Assembly (NCBI GenBank): GCA_051294375.1
Contig: CM119264.1
Location: 9,807,907 to 9,871,906, forward strand
Length of the DNA stretch: 64,000 bases
Source: Paraspadella gotoi
Lineage: Eukaryota > Animalia > Chaetognatha
Reading direction: 5' to 3'
Made by a program: the position numbers and the translations under genes. This document shows positions 46,794 through 60,346 of the stretch, piece after piece. The notes under the pieces were generated by a model, which saw nothing but the letters and a program-made list of their open reading frames with translations, was not told the origin of the DNA and made no database searches. Every line of letters starts with the position of its first letter. Within the stretch, counting starts at the first letter, position 1.

Positions 46794-47510
46794 TCCTTCT
46801 CTCTTATTCTTTCCTATTTCTCTCCTATAATTATCATTTTCACACTTCCTTTTTTTTATTCATTTCATCTCCCACCTCCCTTCTGCTCCCTCCTCCTCCT
46901 CATCCCTTCTCCTCCTCTTCCCTCCTCCTTCTCATTCCGCTTCTCCTCTTTTTCTCTCATTTTTCTTTCCGCGGATTTCCCAACTTTATTTTTTTTCCTG
47001 TCGCGAAACTTGTTCTTTTGTTCGTTCATTCGTTCGTTCATTCGTTCGTTCATTCGTTCGTTCATTCGTTTTCCGTCAAATCGTTCCTTTTCACACTTTC
47101 ACGCTTTTTTCTTACCTTTCCGCTTTCCCCGTCTTAACCATTTCTCATCCAAACCAAACGTTTCTTTTTTTTTCTCTCTCTCTCTCTTTCTCTTCTTTTC
47201 TTCTTTCTTTCTTTTTCTCTTTTTCTTTTTCTTTCTTTATATCTTTTCTTTCTTTCTTTCTTCTCTTTCTTTTCTTTTCTTCTTTCTTTCTTTCTTTCTT
47301 TCCTTTCTTTCTTTCTTTCTTTCTATTTCTTCTCTTCTTCCCTCTTTCCCCCCACCCTCCCCCCCTTTGCTCTCACAGATTTCTGGGTTATTTGTGAACC
47401 CGAACGAGTACAAATTGTTTTTCGGGGTGGAGTCTGGTCACCTGGTGGCAAAGTTCGCCGTCGCTAAACGTCGCCTGAGCGAAAAAGAAAAAAACCTTTT
47501 CTTCGCCTGA
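33688..47510 (+). CDS. 3' half of the mosaic gene: LamG-like domain, Cys-rich units, two F-type lectin/F5-8C-like domains, second LamG-like domain, stop codon
   Basis: Exons: 33688-33825 (ELNGHIFSLYD), 33933-34039 (..YNRRRSKVTVYLD), small Cys-rich exons ~34159-34932 (CSSDSDC, CLSDSDC), 35586-35852 (RLIDG..CFST..PWVRADLG), 36065-36223 (C..GRYV..LSLCE), 36784-37326 (LHDG..CFRT..FDLG..LDLCEV), 39084-39175, 39344-39476, 39543-39711, 45391-45600 (DGVHRVVVEYD) and 47379-47510 (ends FFA*). Phase at 33688 joins the exon ending FYVVK. Exons in the noisy 37450-38950 stretch are unresolved. Confidence 0.75.
41518..44496. mobile_element. ~3 kb hAT-like insertion with 8-bp TSD and imperfect TIRs
   Basis: Flanked by ATGGACAG (41510-41517) and ATGGAGCAG (44497-44505, one extra base). 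The duplicate locus has a single ATGGACAG at 46227-46234. Both ends share CGG(T)AGYATAAATACAA. A possible transposase C-terminal remnant (QRSIKVTETFAKTIFLDE) lies on the minus strand near 42720-42790. Confidence 0.7.
43164..43212 (+). ncRNA. Degenerate hammerhead motif inside the 3 kb insertion
   Basis: CTGATGA-AGGAAC..GTGCC-CGAAACATGT, with an imperfect stem II. Confidence 0.4.
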
Positions 47511-48867
47511 AAAAAAAAGTTATTTTTTTCTCGGGTTTTTTTTTTGCTTTGCAATTTTTTCGAGTTATTTTTGCTTTATATTCCGTTCAATTTTCTTTCG
47601 TTATAAATATATATCAGCGACTGGAATGAAAAATAAAACTTTTTTTTTCTCTTTGAAGCTCGTACTAGTCATGATCTCAATTTTTTTTTTAGCTTTTTTT
47701 TTCTTCGCTCTTTTATGCTTTTTTCGCTTTTATGCAAACGAGGTCCGCGATAAGTCGGAGAAGAAAAATTTCTCTATTGAAAAAGATAGGGAAAGATAAG
47801 ACAAGGAGCGAGAGATAAGAAAGAAAAGTAGAGGCTAAAAGCGTTTAGAAACGATCGCTCGCGCTTATGGAAGATGCTAATGGGCAAGAATGAAAAAGAG
47901 CCAAGAACAAAGCTGACACTGGCATCTTCATGATGATTATAATATTCACGGTGAGTTGAAAGTTTATGAGTTATTTCTCTCCCCCCGTCCAAGTTACGTA
48001 TAAACTCCTACGTAGGCTTCTTCGTAATTTATTTTTAGAAAGTTAACTAATAAATCCGGCGACTTGCATATTTTTTTTTTTTCCTCGTGGTTGCAAATCC
48101 TATTTTAAGAGAGGAAAAAAGGGGAAAGGAGGAGAGACGTAATCGTCGAGTCATTTCCTCTACAGTTTTCCCCGAGAGTGTACTGTTCCTTCCTTCCGTT
48201 CTCCTTTCCCCTCTCCCCTTTCCTCCCTTCATTCATTTCTCCCGGAGTTTACATCATTACGTCGTCGCTTTCTCCTTTCCTCCTCGTCTTCCTCCTTTCC
48301 TCCTCGTCTTCCTCCTCCCTCCGAGTCTTCATCTTTCATCGGTTAATCTTCCTCCTCATCCTTCTCCTTTCCTCCTTTCCTTCTTTATCTTCTTTCCTTC
48401 CTCTCTTTTCTCAACCTTCCCTCGGATCATTTATTCCCTCTCTTCTCCACCCTCCACCTCCCTCTTTATAGTGTGTGCTTAGCTGATTTCTGGCGATAGT
48501 TTTTCCGTTCCTCAAACGATTAAACAAATAGAATCGCGGCCGGTGGGCGACGAGGGGAAGTGGGTGGAGGAGGAAGAGGAGGTGAGAGAGTCGAAGGAGG
48601 GGGAGGAGGAGGAGGAAAAGAGAAAGAGAAGTCGTATAGAAGGGATTTGAATAACAGGGCGGGCCAAGGTCGTTGGGCGAAGGATGTTTGGGGAGACGAA
48701 AGGGTGGTGGAGATGGCGACGGTCGACCTTGCCGACTTAGCTAAGCGTCTGCCGGAACTGCTGCCGACGCGGCTGTCGACGTGGCTGCCGACGCAATTGC
48801 CGGGGTCTAGCTCACGCCTTTGTTTGGCCAAGACGTAAAAAAACAGAAACGCTGAGAGCGGAAGTCG

Positions 48868-48909
<42 letters not shown>

Positions 48910-49350
48910 CTCATCTCTCTCTCTCTCTCTTCTCTCTACTCTCTCTCTCTCTCTCTCTTTTTCTCTCAGAAAGAAAAAAATAAAAATCTTTTCTCTCTTT
49001 CTTTCCTCCTATTCAATAATTGACGAGAAAAGTTAAAAGAGAAACTGATGCGTTTTTATTTTATTTTTTTAAACTTTTTTTTCTTTCAGTAAAACGGAAT
49101 TTATTTCTAAATTCAGAGAGCGAACGAGAAAGGGAGGGGAAGTAGGAGGAGGAAGAGGAAGAGGATCAGGGAGGGAAAGGGGAAGGTTACTCTGTCGGTT
49201 TCACTGTTTTTATTCACGTTTCGTCCTTCGCATATTTCTCAATGATGTTGTTAACTCCAACCGTTTTCAGATTTTTTTTTCCCCAGAGTTTTAACAGCGT
49301 TCTAGAAAAGGTTTGTTTTGCTTATATCGCTGCTTTCTTATCTTTTACCT

Positions 49351-49426
<76 letters not shown>

Positions 49427-49942
49427 TGCTTTTTTTACAACCTCTTTTTCTTTGTCCCCTTTCCTCCCAGGTTTTCCTTGGCAGTTCAATCACTCTCAGT
49501 TTTCACTCATTAGTTGCTTTTCGTTCATCTGGATTCCGTTCGCGCGCGTTTGTCTCACCTCCGCGGCGCCAACCGCCTCGCGGCGCCGCGAATCTTTTTC
49601 CCTCGTCCTACTTTTCTCTCACCCCGTCGAGGATTCCCGGTTTTTCTCCTTCCTTCTTTTTTCTCTCCATATTTGTCCTTTCCAGTTTTTTCCCCACGCT
49701 TTTTTTTGAAATTTTTTTTTTTTGTTCCGTGCTGGTAAAATTTTTTATGCGCTTTTGTTTGGTAAGGTAAGTTAAGTCGTGGGGCCTGGGCAGTGGAATG
49801 TCAGCATTTAAATTCACGCTTAAGGAAAATGGATTTACAAGTATTTTAAAATAGTATTAATAAATTTTAGAGAATTATTCGCATACTTTTTTTCCCGCCA
49901 ATTTACTCTCTAGTTCGCCCTATCTCATCTATATTTTTTTTT

Positions 49943-50034
<92 letters not shown>

Positions 50035-50915
50035 TTTTCTTCCTCCCGCTTCTGAATACCTCTCGTCTCAAGACTGACATTTCCAAGTCTGGATTTTCTT
50101 CCAAGGTTCATCGATCGATGGCGAACCAAATCTTCGTCGCAGACGTCGGTTAATTGAGGTCGTCGTTGTTGTCGTCGTCGTCGTTGTTTATTTATCGTTG
50201 ACATCTTTAAACGGTATAATAATTTCGCAATTATTAGCATCAATATCAACATTTTTAACTTCATCATTGTCATTATCATAAGCATTTACGTCTTCGTCAT
50301 CGTCTGTAGTCGCCATCAGTGTCATCGTCGTCGACGTCTTCGTCATCATTGTAATCGTCGCGGTCATCGTCCTCCCGACGTCGTCGTCGTTTTCGTCGTC
50401 GCCGATTTCATTTCGATCGCGGTCGTTGTCTTCGCTGCTGTCGACGTCTCAAGGCGAAACATAATAGCATCGCTTCGAAATTCGGAGCCGAAACAAGATA
50501 AAAGAAAAAAAAAAGGATTTTGTGATTCGGCTTTCACTATTCAGGCTTGAAAACTTTCTTTGAGTTAAAATTGTGATCAAATTTTGACGAGTCAAATTAC
50601 ATTTTAAATTTCTAAGATTTGTTTAGGATTTTGTAAAGGTTAAATTAAATATTGTGTATGTAATAATTTAAATATCCTTGCTAAATAAGTTGTGTAATAA
50701 TTTGACTTATTCAGTACAATAGTTTGAAAATAAATAAAAAACCAAACACAAAAAAAAACAAAAAAACTGGTGTCCGCAAAATAAGGAAAGAAAAGAAGGC
50801 ACCCAAAATAGAAGAGATAAGGAAAACCCCCTTCGGCGTTTGGTCTCGTAATCTAAAAACCAATTAAGAACTGAAGTCAGCGGGATGCGGTGTGAAATAA
50901 GGCATAGCGCCGAAG

Positions 50916-50971
<56 letters not shown>

Positions 50972-51395
50972 ATCATTTAAAGACTCGCATTCATCAAATT
51001 CCCGGTGACAGTTATGAGTAAGGCGTGGCTCCATCTCTTGGTTCCATAGCGAGCGTGCGTCGTCGCGTATCCATGGCAACGGGGTCGACGCAACGCACCC
51101 TCGCGCGCGGTCGAAATCTGGAACGATTTCCGGTCTGAAAAACTTGAATTCTTCTATTTCTGCTAGGAGATGGAGGAGGAGGAGAAGGAAGAGGCGAAAA
51201 AGGGTCAGGTATGGAAGAAATGGGGAGGAGGGAGAATGAAACAGAAAAGCAATGAAGGAAACAATGGGTAAAAAGTAACGGAGAAATTAAAACTATAAAG
51301 AGCACTAGATAATAGTAATAGAATGAATGTTAAACAACGTGTTGACGGTGGGCCAATAGAAGGTTATTCACTTTTCTGGGCGAGAGAAGAGAAGA

Positions 51396-51447
<52 letters not shown>

Positions 51448-51768
51448 AGACGGAGAGACAGAGAGAGAGAGACGAGAGAGAATTGCTGGTTTTGCAGTGC
51501 TTGCCTTTTACGCCTTTTAACTAATTTCGTAATTAATGTAAAAAACAAAAACGAAGGATTTCCTCTCTTTCTTTACGCTTATTAGAAGCCAAAAATAACA
51601 CTGACAGTAAAAGAAAAAATATCTACGATATAAAGTACAGCAAATAAAAATCTACCTTAACAAATCGTCCCGTACGGAGTTTGTAAATTGACATTAATGC
51701 GTAAAAGTTTTTATGTTTGTTAGACCATAAACTTTCATTGCCTCTCGATCCCCGATCACGTGATCTAC

Positions 51769-53265
51769 TTATCGTCCAGCGATTGCGCGGACGACGCGTT
51801 TGCGAAATTCCCTCAACGCTTCCCTCATCGCCTCCACTGTCGGCTCTTCCGCCTCTTCGAGATTTTCGATCGCCTCTGAGATGCGAGCGGAGATCGCCTC
51901 CAACACGCCCCGGATCGCTTCCGCCTTGTTCTCGATCATGTCCTCGATGTCCGCCTTCAAATCCCTGAACTTCTCAAGCAAAGCGTCGACGGCCTCTCCA
52001 TCGCGGACGAGCCTCTTGGCCTCGGCGATGAAGTCGAGAACGATCCTCACCGCTTTCAAGAGAGGACGGTTGGATTCCAAAGTGAAGCTCTCGTCGTCGT
52101 CATCGAAGATGTCATCAATGGCCTTCTCCAGGGCATCGACCAGCTTCTTCGCGACATCCGCCGCGTCTTCCTCGGCGTCGGCGAAGACTTTTCCCAGCTT
52201 CTTGAAGGCGTTGACGACGAGCTTGACTGAGGGGAGTTCTCCGTTACGGACCGAGTCGGCGACGTTGTCGAGGAGGTCAGCCAGGATGTCCCTCGCCTCC
52301 TTCAACTCCTCCTTCAATTCTGGCGCCGCCTCCTTGACAGCCTCCCTCAACTTGCGCAACGCCTCCTTCAAGAAGTCGACGACTTTGGATTCGACGACGG
52401 CGCCGACCGCCATCAGCGCCTCTTCGCTCGTCTCCTCGTCCTTTTGGCCATTGATGGTGTTGATGGCATTCATAGAATTGATAGAGTTGATGGCATTCAT
52501 AGAATTGATGGAGTTGATGGCATTCATAGAATTGACGGCGTTGATGGAGTTGAGTGAGTTGGCGACGTTGAGCCCGTTCATGGAGTTGACCGCGTTAATG
52601 GCGTTCATAGAGTTGACGCTGTTGATGGCGTTCATGGAATTGACGCTGTTGATGGCGTTCATCGAGTTGATGGAGTTGATGCAGTTGACGCAGTTAGTAT
52701 CGGCGTCGTATTCGAAGGTCTCCTCTTCGGCCGACATTAAGAAGTCGAGTGTGTCGTCCAGGTCTTCCTCGTCCTCCAGCATCGACTGCACGTCGGGCAC
52801 GATGTCGGCGATGGCGTTGGACAGCGCCGGTCGCAACACCTCGTCCTCGATGTCGTCGAAAATGTCGTCGCCGTCGAACTCATCCATGATGCCGTCGAGC
52901 AGAGACGCGAAGAATCCCTCGGACCGGTCTTCGCCTCCGTCCAACATCTTGTTCAACGCCGCCTTGATCTTGTCCAGCACTTTCTTGACGACGGGTTGGG
53001 CCTCATCGATTTTCGCCTCCACGACAGACTTGAGCTTCTCCAGCAGAGCTCGTGTCGTTTTCCCGACCTCACCATTTTCGATCCTCTCCCGAAGGTCTCC
53101 GAAAACTTCCTTCAAACGACGGACGACTTCGAGGATGTCCTCCACGGGGACAAAGTCGGCGACAGACTCCGAGATCTCCGCGGGAAGCGTCTCCTGCTGC
53201 GGCTCCACGGGCATGGCGCCGCAGGCCGCGACGATGGCGGCGACGACGAGCGAGGCGAACTCATC
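51769..53265 (-). CDS. Single-exon secreted protein (~500 aa): acidic amphipathic helical modules around an (Asn-x-hydrophobic)n core
   Basis: Long GC3-rich ORF with hydrophobic N-terminus FASLVVAAIVAACGA|MP. The ATG at 53265 is one base out of frame (ATGAGTTC; ATGAAGTTC would give MKFASLVV..), probably a sequencing error. There is an upstream TATA box. Confidence 0.85.
   Translation of the reverse strand, partial: DEFASLVVAAIVAACGAMPVEPQQETLPAEISESVADFVPVEDILEVVRRLKEVFGDLRERIENGEVGKTTRALLEKLKSVVEAKIDEAQPVVKKVLDKIKAALNKMLDGGEDRSEGFFASLLDGIMDEFDGDDIFDDIEDEVLRPALSNAIADIVPDVQSMLEDEEDLDDTLDFLMSAEEETFEYDADTNCVNCINSINSMNAINSVNSMNAINSVNSMNAINAVNSMNGLNVANSLNSINAVNSMNAINSINSMNAINSINSMNAINTINGQKDEETSEEALMAVGAVVESKVVDFLKEALRKLREAVKEAAPELKEELKEARDILADLLDNVADSVRNGELPSVKLVVNAFKKLGKVFADAEEDAADVAKKLVDALEKAIDDIFDDDDESFTLESNRPLLKAVRIVLDFIAEAKRLVRDGEAVDALLEKFRDLKADIEDMIENKAEAIRGVLEAISARISEAIENLEEAEEPTVEAMREALREFRKRVVRAIAGR
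52444..52695 (-). repeat. Coding repeat of 28 Asn-x-x tripeptides with a 9-aa superperiod NSMNAINS(I/V)
   Basis: Translation runs NCV NCI NSI NSM NAI NSV NSM ... NAI NTI NGQ. Confidence 0.95.
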
Positions 53266-53372
53266 GCGACAGAAAAAAAATCCGAACAACGAATTCGAAG
53301 CGAAGATTTTGTTTGGGTTTTTTTATCGCTGTTGTGCGGATCTTTGAAATCTTATCTGAATCGGGACGGAGT

Positions 53373-53380
53373 ATTTATAT
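53373..53380 (-). promoter_or_regulatory. TATA box of the Asn-repeat gene
   Basis: TATAAATA on the minus strand, ~110 bp upstream of the probable ATG. Confidence 0.55.
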
Positions 53381-53853
53381 CGAACTGCAATAGACGAATA
53401 GTCGCATGTCGAAAATTGGGCGAAACATATTTTGATGAAAAAGATTTTGATCTGGGAATAAAAAAAAATGTTTTAAGAAACAAAAATATATTAAATTCCG
53501 TCTTCTGAAAAAATATAAATGAAAGGTTTTGGTCATCTAGTATAAATATATATATTATTGTATATAATATATTACAGTTAAAGGCAGAAATTAGTATTAA
53601 CAAGTTTTTGAAAAATGATACGGCCTAATATCGGAATTCCACCTGATCCATTCTCAGTAAATAATCACTCCACTTCTAAAATCCGTTTGTTCGAATGAGA
53701 TAAAAGACAAAAGGGAGAAAATAGTTCTGGAATCTATACGCTTGCCTCGTCTTTGTTCTTTTATCTTTTGATTATTTCACCGTTGTTCTTTTTTTTATCG
53801 GTTTGTTTGCTTTTTATCGCTTTATTGATTTTTTTATTTTTTGTTTATTGATT

Positions 53854-53904
<51 letters not shown>

Positions 53905-54387
53905 ATTTTTATCTTTCTCGATATGAATATTTTATGTACATTTCAACTTTTCTACGATTATTCTCCAATATAGAACATTTTCTTTTGAAAAATATTTACG
54001 TTTCTACTACGTTTTCTACTATTAAAACTGACTTATGTACGAAATTTTTGTACCCACCCACGAAGCTTAAGTTTTTTCTTTCTACCTTCTTACTTTTTTT
54101 CTTCTCCTCCCACCCTCACCTCACGTCATTGGCGGCACCCATGTCATCCATCATCATCATCTGTTTCTTCTGAACTTGAAGCGGGGGTCAGCCCTGGCGC
54201 CATCCTGCTCCTCCTCCTCCTTTTAGCTCCTCCTCTTCTTCTTCCTCCTTCCCGTCCCGCTCCTCTTTAACCTCTTTTCCCCTCGCCCTCCATTTCTCTT
54301 TCTCCTCCATTTTCTTTCCTTTTTCGATTTTTCTCCCTTTCAAAATTCGGCGCCACGCTTTTAGGGAGGAGAAGAGGGGAGAGAGAG

Positions 54388-54440
<53 letters not shown>

Positions 54441-55063
54441 AAAAATGAGTGAGAAAAATGTAAAAGAATAAATGAAAAACATTCGGAAGAAACAGAAATA
54501 CAAAAAAAAAAAAAGATGGTTCAGTGCAAAAAGGTTTTCTCGCTTTGGTGTAACCGTCTCTTAGTTGGTCGTTGTGAAAAAAAAATATCCGAAGTGAAGT
54601 TCGCTTCTTGATTTTATGAATTTCAGTACCTAATTAAAATTTGTGATTTCACAATATAAGGTCTTTAAATCTTCCGATGCTCCCAAAAATTTCAGCAGAT
54701 CATAAGTTACGAAAGTAAATCTTTCTCTCTCAAAAAATTCAAAATATTAATTTTGATAAAACAGTAAAACCCATAAAAAATATTCCTAAAGTAAACGTGT
54801 TGTTCCTCTTAATTCTATGAAAGCAGCAACTAAGGTCAGTCGTTGTCATATTGAAATTCCATCGCAAGTGAGGACGAGATGAGTTGTCGCCATGATGCCA
54901 CAGAGCCCTGTCTTTCACGTTTTTGTTGTTGTTGTCGTTTGATGATGTCGGCTTCGTTGTCGCCAGAGCCGAACGGTCTACTTTTCGTCATTCATGGTTG
55001 GAGCATAAATTGGTTTTCGCGCCCATTCGTCATCTCCTCTTTCCAATTTTGTGACACCAGAAA

Positions 55064-55153
<90 letters not shown>

Positions 55154-55443
55154 TTTTTTTCATAAAAAAATAATCTTGAGACGAATGCAAGATTCAAACG
55201 ATAAGGCCTTTCGACAAGAATAATCAATTTCGCCTACCTATCCGAAAACAAACACGCTTTGCGAGAACCGCTACTTTTTAATTGTACCCTGTAAAACCCC
55301 TAAAGATTAATAAAACTTTTAAAAACTATCAAAAAAATCCATCGTCGTGAAAACCAAACCAAAAATAATTAAAAAAAGAAAAGCAAAAAAAAAAAAAATT
55401 CGTTTAAAGACCTTCACCCTCGATTTGAAAAAAAAAAAAAAAA

Positions 55444-57267
<1,824 letters not shown>

Positions 57268-60200
57268 TGGATAAAGCATGAATTCTATTAACGCTGATTT
57301 TTGACGCTGACAATTTGGTGCGTGAGAACTGAATTGGCGTGAAGGTTGATAAGAAAGAATGATGAATGAAAAACAACAACAACAACAAAAAAAGGAGGAC
57401 GGATAAATATATACAACCGTACATTTTTTCGAGCGTGGAAATGAACGTAGTTACGAATTTTTATTCCGCTGCACCAATTTACAGTATTACGTTTTCAGTT
57501 ATGCAGCGTGGCAGAGGTAAATTTTACTACTTGAACAATGATGGACGTTCATTGATGCTCTCCCCTTATATATTTAGACTTAGTGTTAAGTTTTAATTTT
57601 GATTGCAAACTTGTAAATGTGTTTTTAGATTAAAAGATTAAAAACCACATTTTCTTTGATTCATTGATAGCGAAGCAGTTAGATGAGAAAATGGGAAGTA
57701 TTTAATTTGAAATGGTATGGCAACAGTCAGGTTGATGCCCATTGGTATGGGGCATCTCACTGTTGGCTTTGGGGGCTTCCGAGTTCCGACCCTCAGTGAC
57801 GTCTCATGTCACTGGCGCGGCTAACCTCGGAACGTGTATGGATGTGAGGCGGTGTGAATATACCGCTTAAATTTCAACTCCGCTTTTGTTTCACACCTCG
57901 CTTTTGCAAATTCTTGGAGCCGCGCCAACGTGACGCCACCGCTACGCCACCTCTACGCCATCGCCACTCCCACCGTTACCGACCCGGTCCCTCCTCGTTT
58001 TCCTGGCGCAGGAAGCGACCTTTCGACTCGAGTCCCCAACGAGAATTTCCGCGGCGCGACAAATTCCCCGCTTCCCTTCGCTTCCTTAAACTTATATTGT
58101 TCCCATAAATTTGGACAAGCGAGAGTCTGCCTAGGTTCTCTCTCTCTCTCTCTCTCTCTCTCCTCTCTCTCTTCTCTCTCTCTCTCTCTCTCTCCTCTCT
58201 CGTCTCTCACCTTTATCTCACCTCACTTCCCGCCTTTCCCACAGCGTTGCCCCCGCCCGTTAGGGCTTGCCAAGTGGCTCCGCCCAATTCACACTCTAAT
58301 TTCCTCTACATTTTTTTTCCTGACCTGTGACACAGTCAACAGGATAAGTAATTTTCTTCCCTTCTTTATGTTTCTCTTTTTTTCCTCCATTCTTTGCTTT
58401 TCATCGAAGTAACATTCACTCCGGTCTACTACCATAACTTTTCTTCTTTCAATCCATTCTACTATTTTCCATCCTTTCCTCCACTGGAAATTCATTATTC
58501 TCCGAAGGGATCGCCGGAGACGACAGCCTTGGCATCCGGAATCCGGAACACGAAATATTTCCGGGCGGCGTCGACGGTTTGCGTCGGCGGCGAAACGTTT
58601 CGATATCGTCTCTCGCCGTGTTTTGTGCCGGTGACCAGCGACAGTTCGCTTCCTGTTTCACGCCGATGGCGCTGATGCCGAGAAACTCGGCCCCAATGGT
58701 CCATTCTCGATCTCCCTCCCTCGTTTTTTTTTTGCCTCTCCTTTCTCTTGCCGTCTGAAGGTCCCCTCGACAACTGCTTGTGGTTCTTGGCAACGTCGTG
58801 TCATGAAAATCGTCCCTAATCGTGCCCATCAAGTCGACCAAGAATCCTAAAAACAAAATCAGCAAATGCTTTTTATTCAAAACCAACTCCAAAAGTGTAT
58901 TCACCTCTCCTCTTACATAAATTTCTATTTTTTTTTTTACTTCTTTCCCTCCTCCTGTAACCCATTCCTTACTCCTTTTTCGTCCTCCCGCTCATCTCCC
59001 CGAAACCCACTCACCTCCGTCTCTTTTTCGTCCGCTTCCCGCGACGCCACCTGCCACGGGGTGACCAAAATCCGGCGTGGTCCGAAAAAAAAAGGGAGCG
59101 AGGAAAAAAGCCTCCATAAATTCCCGCGCGCCATTCCGTCGCTTTTCTTTTCCTGTCAAGATTAAACCCTCGCTCGGTCCCATAATAAAGGGGCCTTTTT
59201 GGTTGGACCGACTCGGAGAGTGTCCGGGCGAGGACGAAAGGTAAGTTACGTGCGCCGGGTGAGATCGTAGAACAGGAAGGGGGCAGTGAAAAAGTTAAGA
59301 AGTGGGACGAATAGGGTTAGTGACTTGGTTACTTGGAACTTGAAACTTTAAAAAAAAAGCAAGTTTTTTTTGTCGTTACACTACAAGAGTGGGAAGCGAG
59401 TGTCAGTTTTATTTTTATGAGTATATGGCAGCTAGATTCGTCTTCTTGTGGCGAGAATAAGTCGGGGAGGGGGACGTTGGGGGGATTTAGGAGGAGAGGG
59501 GAAGGGGAGGGGAGGGGAGGGAGGGGAGGGGAGGGAAGGGGAGGGGAGGTCAACCGTCGGGGATTCCGTCGCCGATATTTTTTTTTTCTCCTTCCTGTTT
59601 TGTCCATCGAGATTAGAAGAAGGGAAAAGTAGGCCCAAGCAGAGGGTGAGTTTCGAAGAAAGCGAATTATGGGGCGGGGAGTTAGTAAAATAGATAATAG
59701 TTTTTAATTTTACATAAAAAGTGAGGGAGAGGAGTTGGAATTAATTTGTACTCGACGTTTTAGCAGTTCTTCACGAAGCTTCACCTTCAACCTTTTCTTT
59801 ATATCACCGCCGTCGTCGTCATCATCATCGTCATCATCATCGTCATCATCATCGTCGTCATTATCGTTATCGTCGTCATCCGTATTTTCATCATCCTCTG
59901 TTAAGAATTAAATTAATATAACAATATTTAGTTATTCTCTTTGTGTTTAACTGGGGATGCCAGTCGTTTCGAAACTAGACGTATTTTTTATATAAATTTG
60001 GTATCGTTGGAAAGAGAATTGCGAAATTAGCCGAAATCCCAAATTTTATGTAAATCGGACGACGGGTTCAAAAGCACTACGTAGTTCAAATCATTAGAAC
60101 GCCGAATTTCAGCCTAAGCCTAAGCCTAAGTCGCGTCAACGAATAATTGAAGAAGAGGGAAAAAGGGTTTGGCCGAGGCAATCTGGGTTATTTTAAATAA

Positions 60201-60307
60201 CGTTTGATGTGACTTTTTTGTAATCTTCAGTTGCCTCGTGAGAAAGTTGCGACGTTGTTACGTTTTTACTTCCTCTCTCCTCTTTCTCCGTGCCGGTCAA
60301 CCCCATT

Positions 60308-60346
60308 CACGCTGATGAAGTCTTGAACAAGAGCCGAAACGTCCGT
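60308..60346 (+). ncRNA. Minimal type I hammerhead ribozyme motif
   Basis: ACG-CUGAUGA-AG-UCUUG-AA-CAAGA-GCC-GAAAC-GUC-CGU: core boxes, stem II, palindromic ACGU stem III and a 3-bp stem I. Confidence 0.6.

Larger units (their letters stand above)
40500..46900 (+). repeat. Tandem-like duplication: 40500-45300 is a noisy copy (carrying the transposon) of ~45330-46900
   Basis: Shared sequence such as gagaataaaatcgtttactac, ccgtgggtcagggtcgaggg and agcggtttcaaa(a)ctcaagcgaaataaagcg occurs in both copies. Confidence 0.85.

Noticed and set aside
52444-52695. Regular 27-bp periodicity as a CRISPR-like array or RiPP core
   Set aside because: It is a coding repeat without spacers, and no modifying enzymes or repeated cleavage sites are visible.
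51800-53347. 515-aa plus-strand ORF rich in Ser/Met/Leu
   Set aside because: Antisense shadow of the GC3-rich minus-strand gene, which has the signal peptide and TATA box.
58450-59250. GC-rich segments with open frames and splice-like signals (also 48520-48840)
   Set aside because: May be exons or UTR of an unknown gene, but strand and frame cannot be determined.
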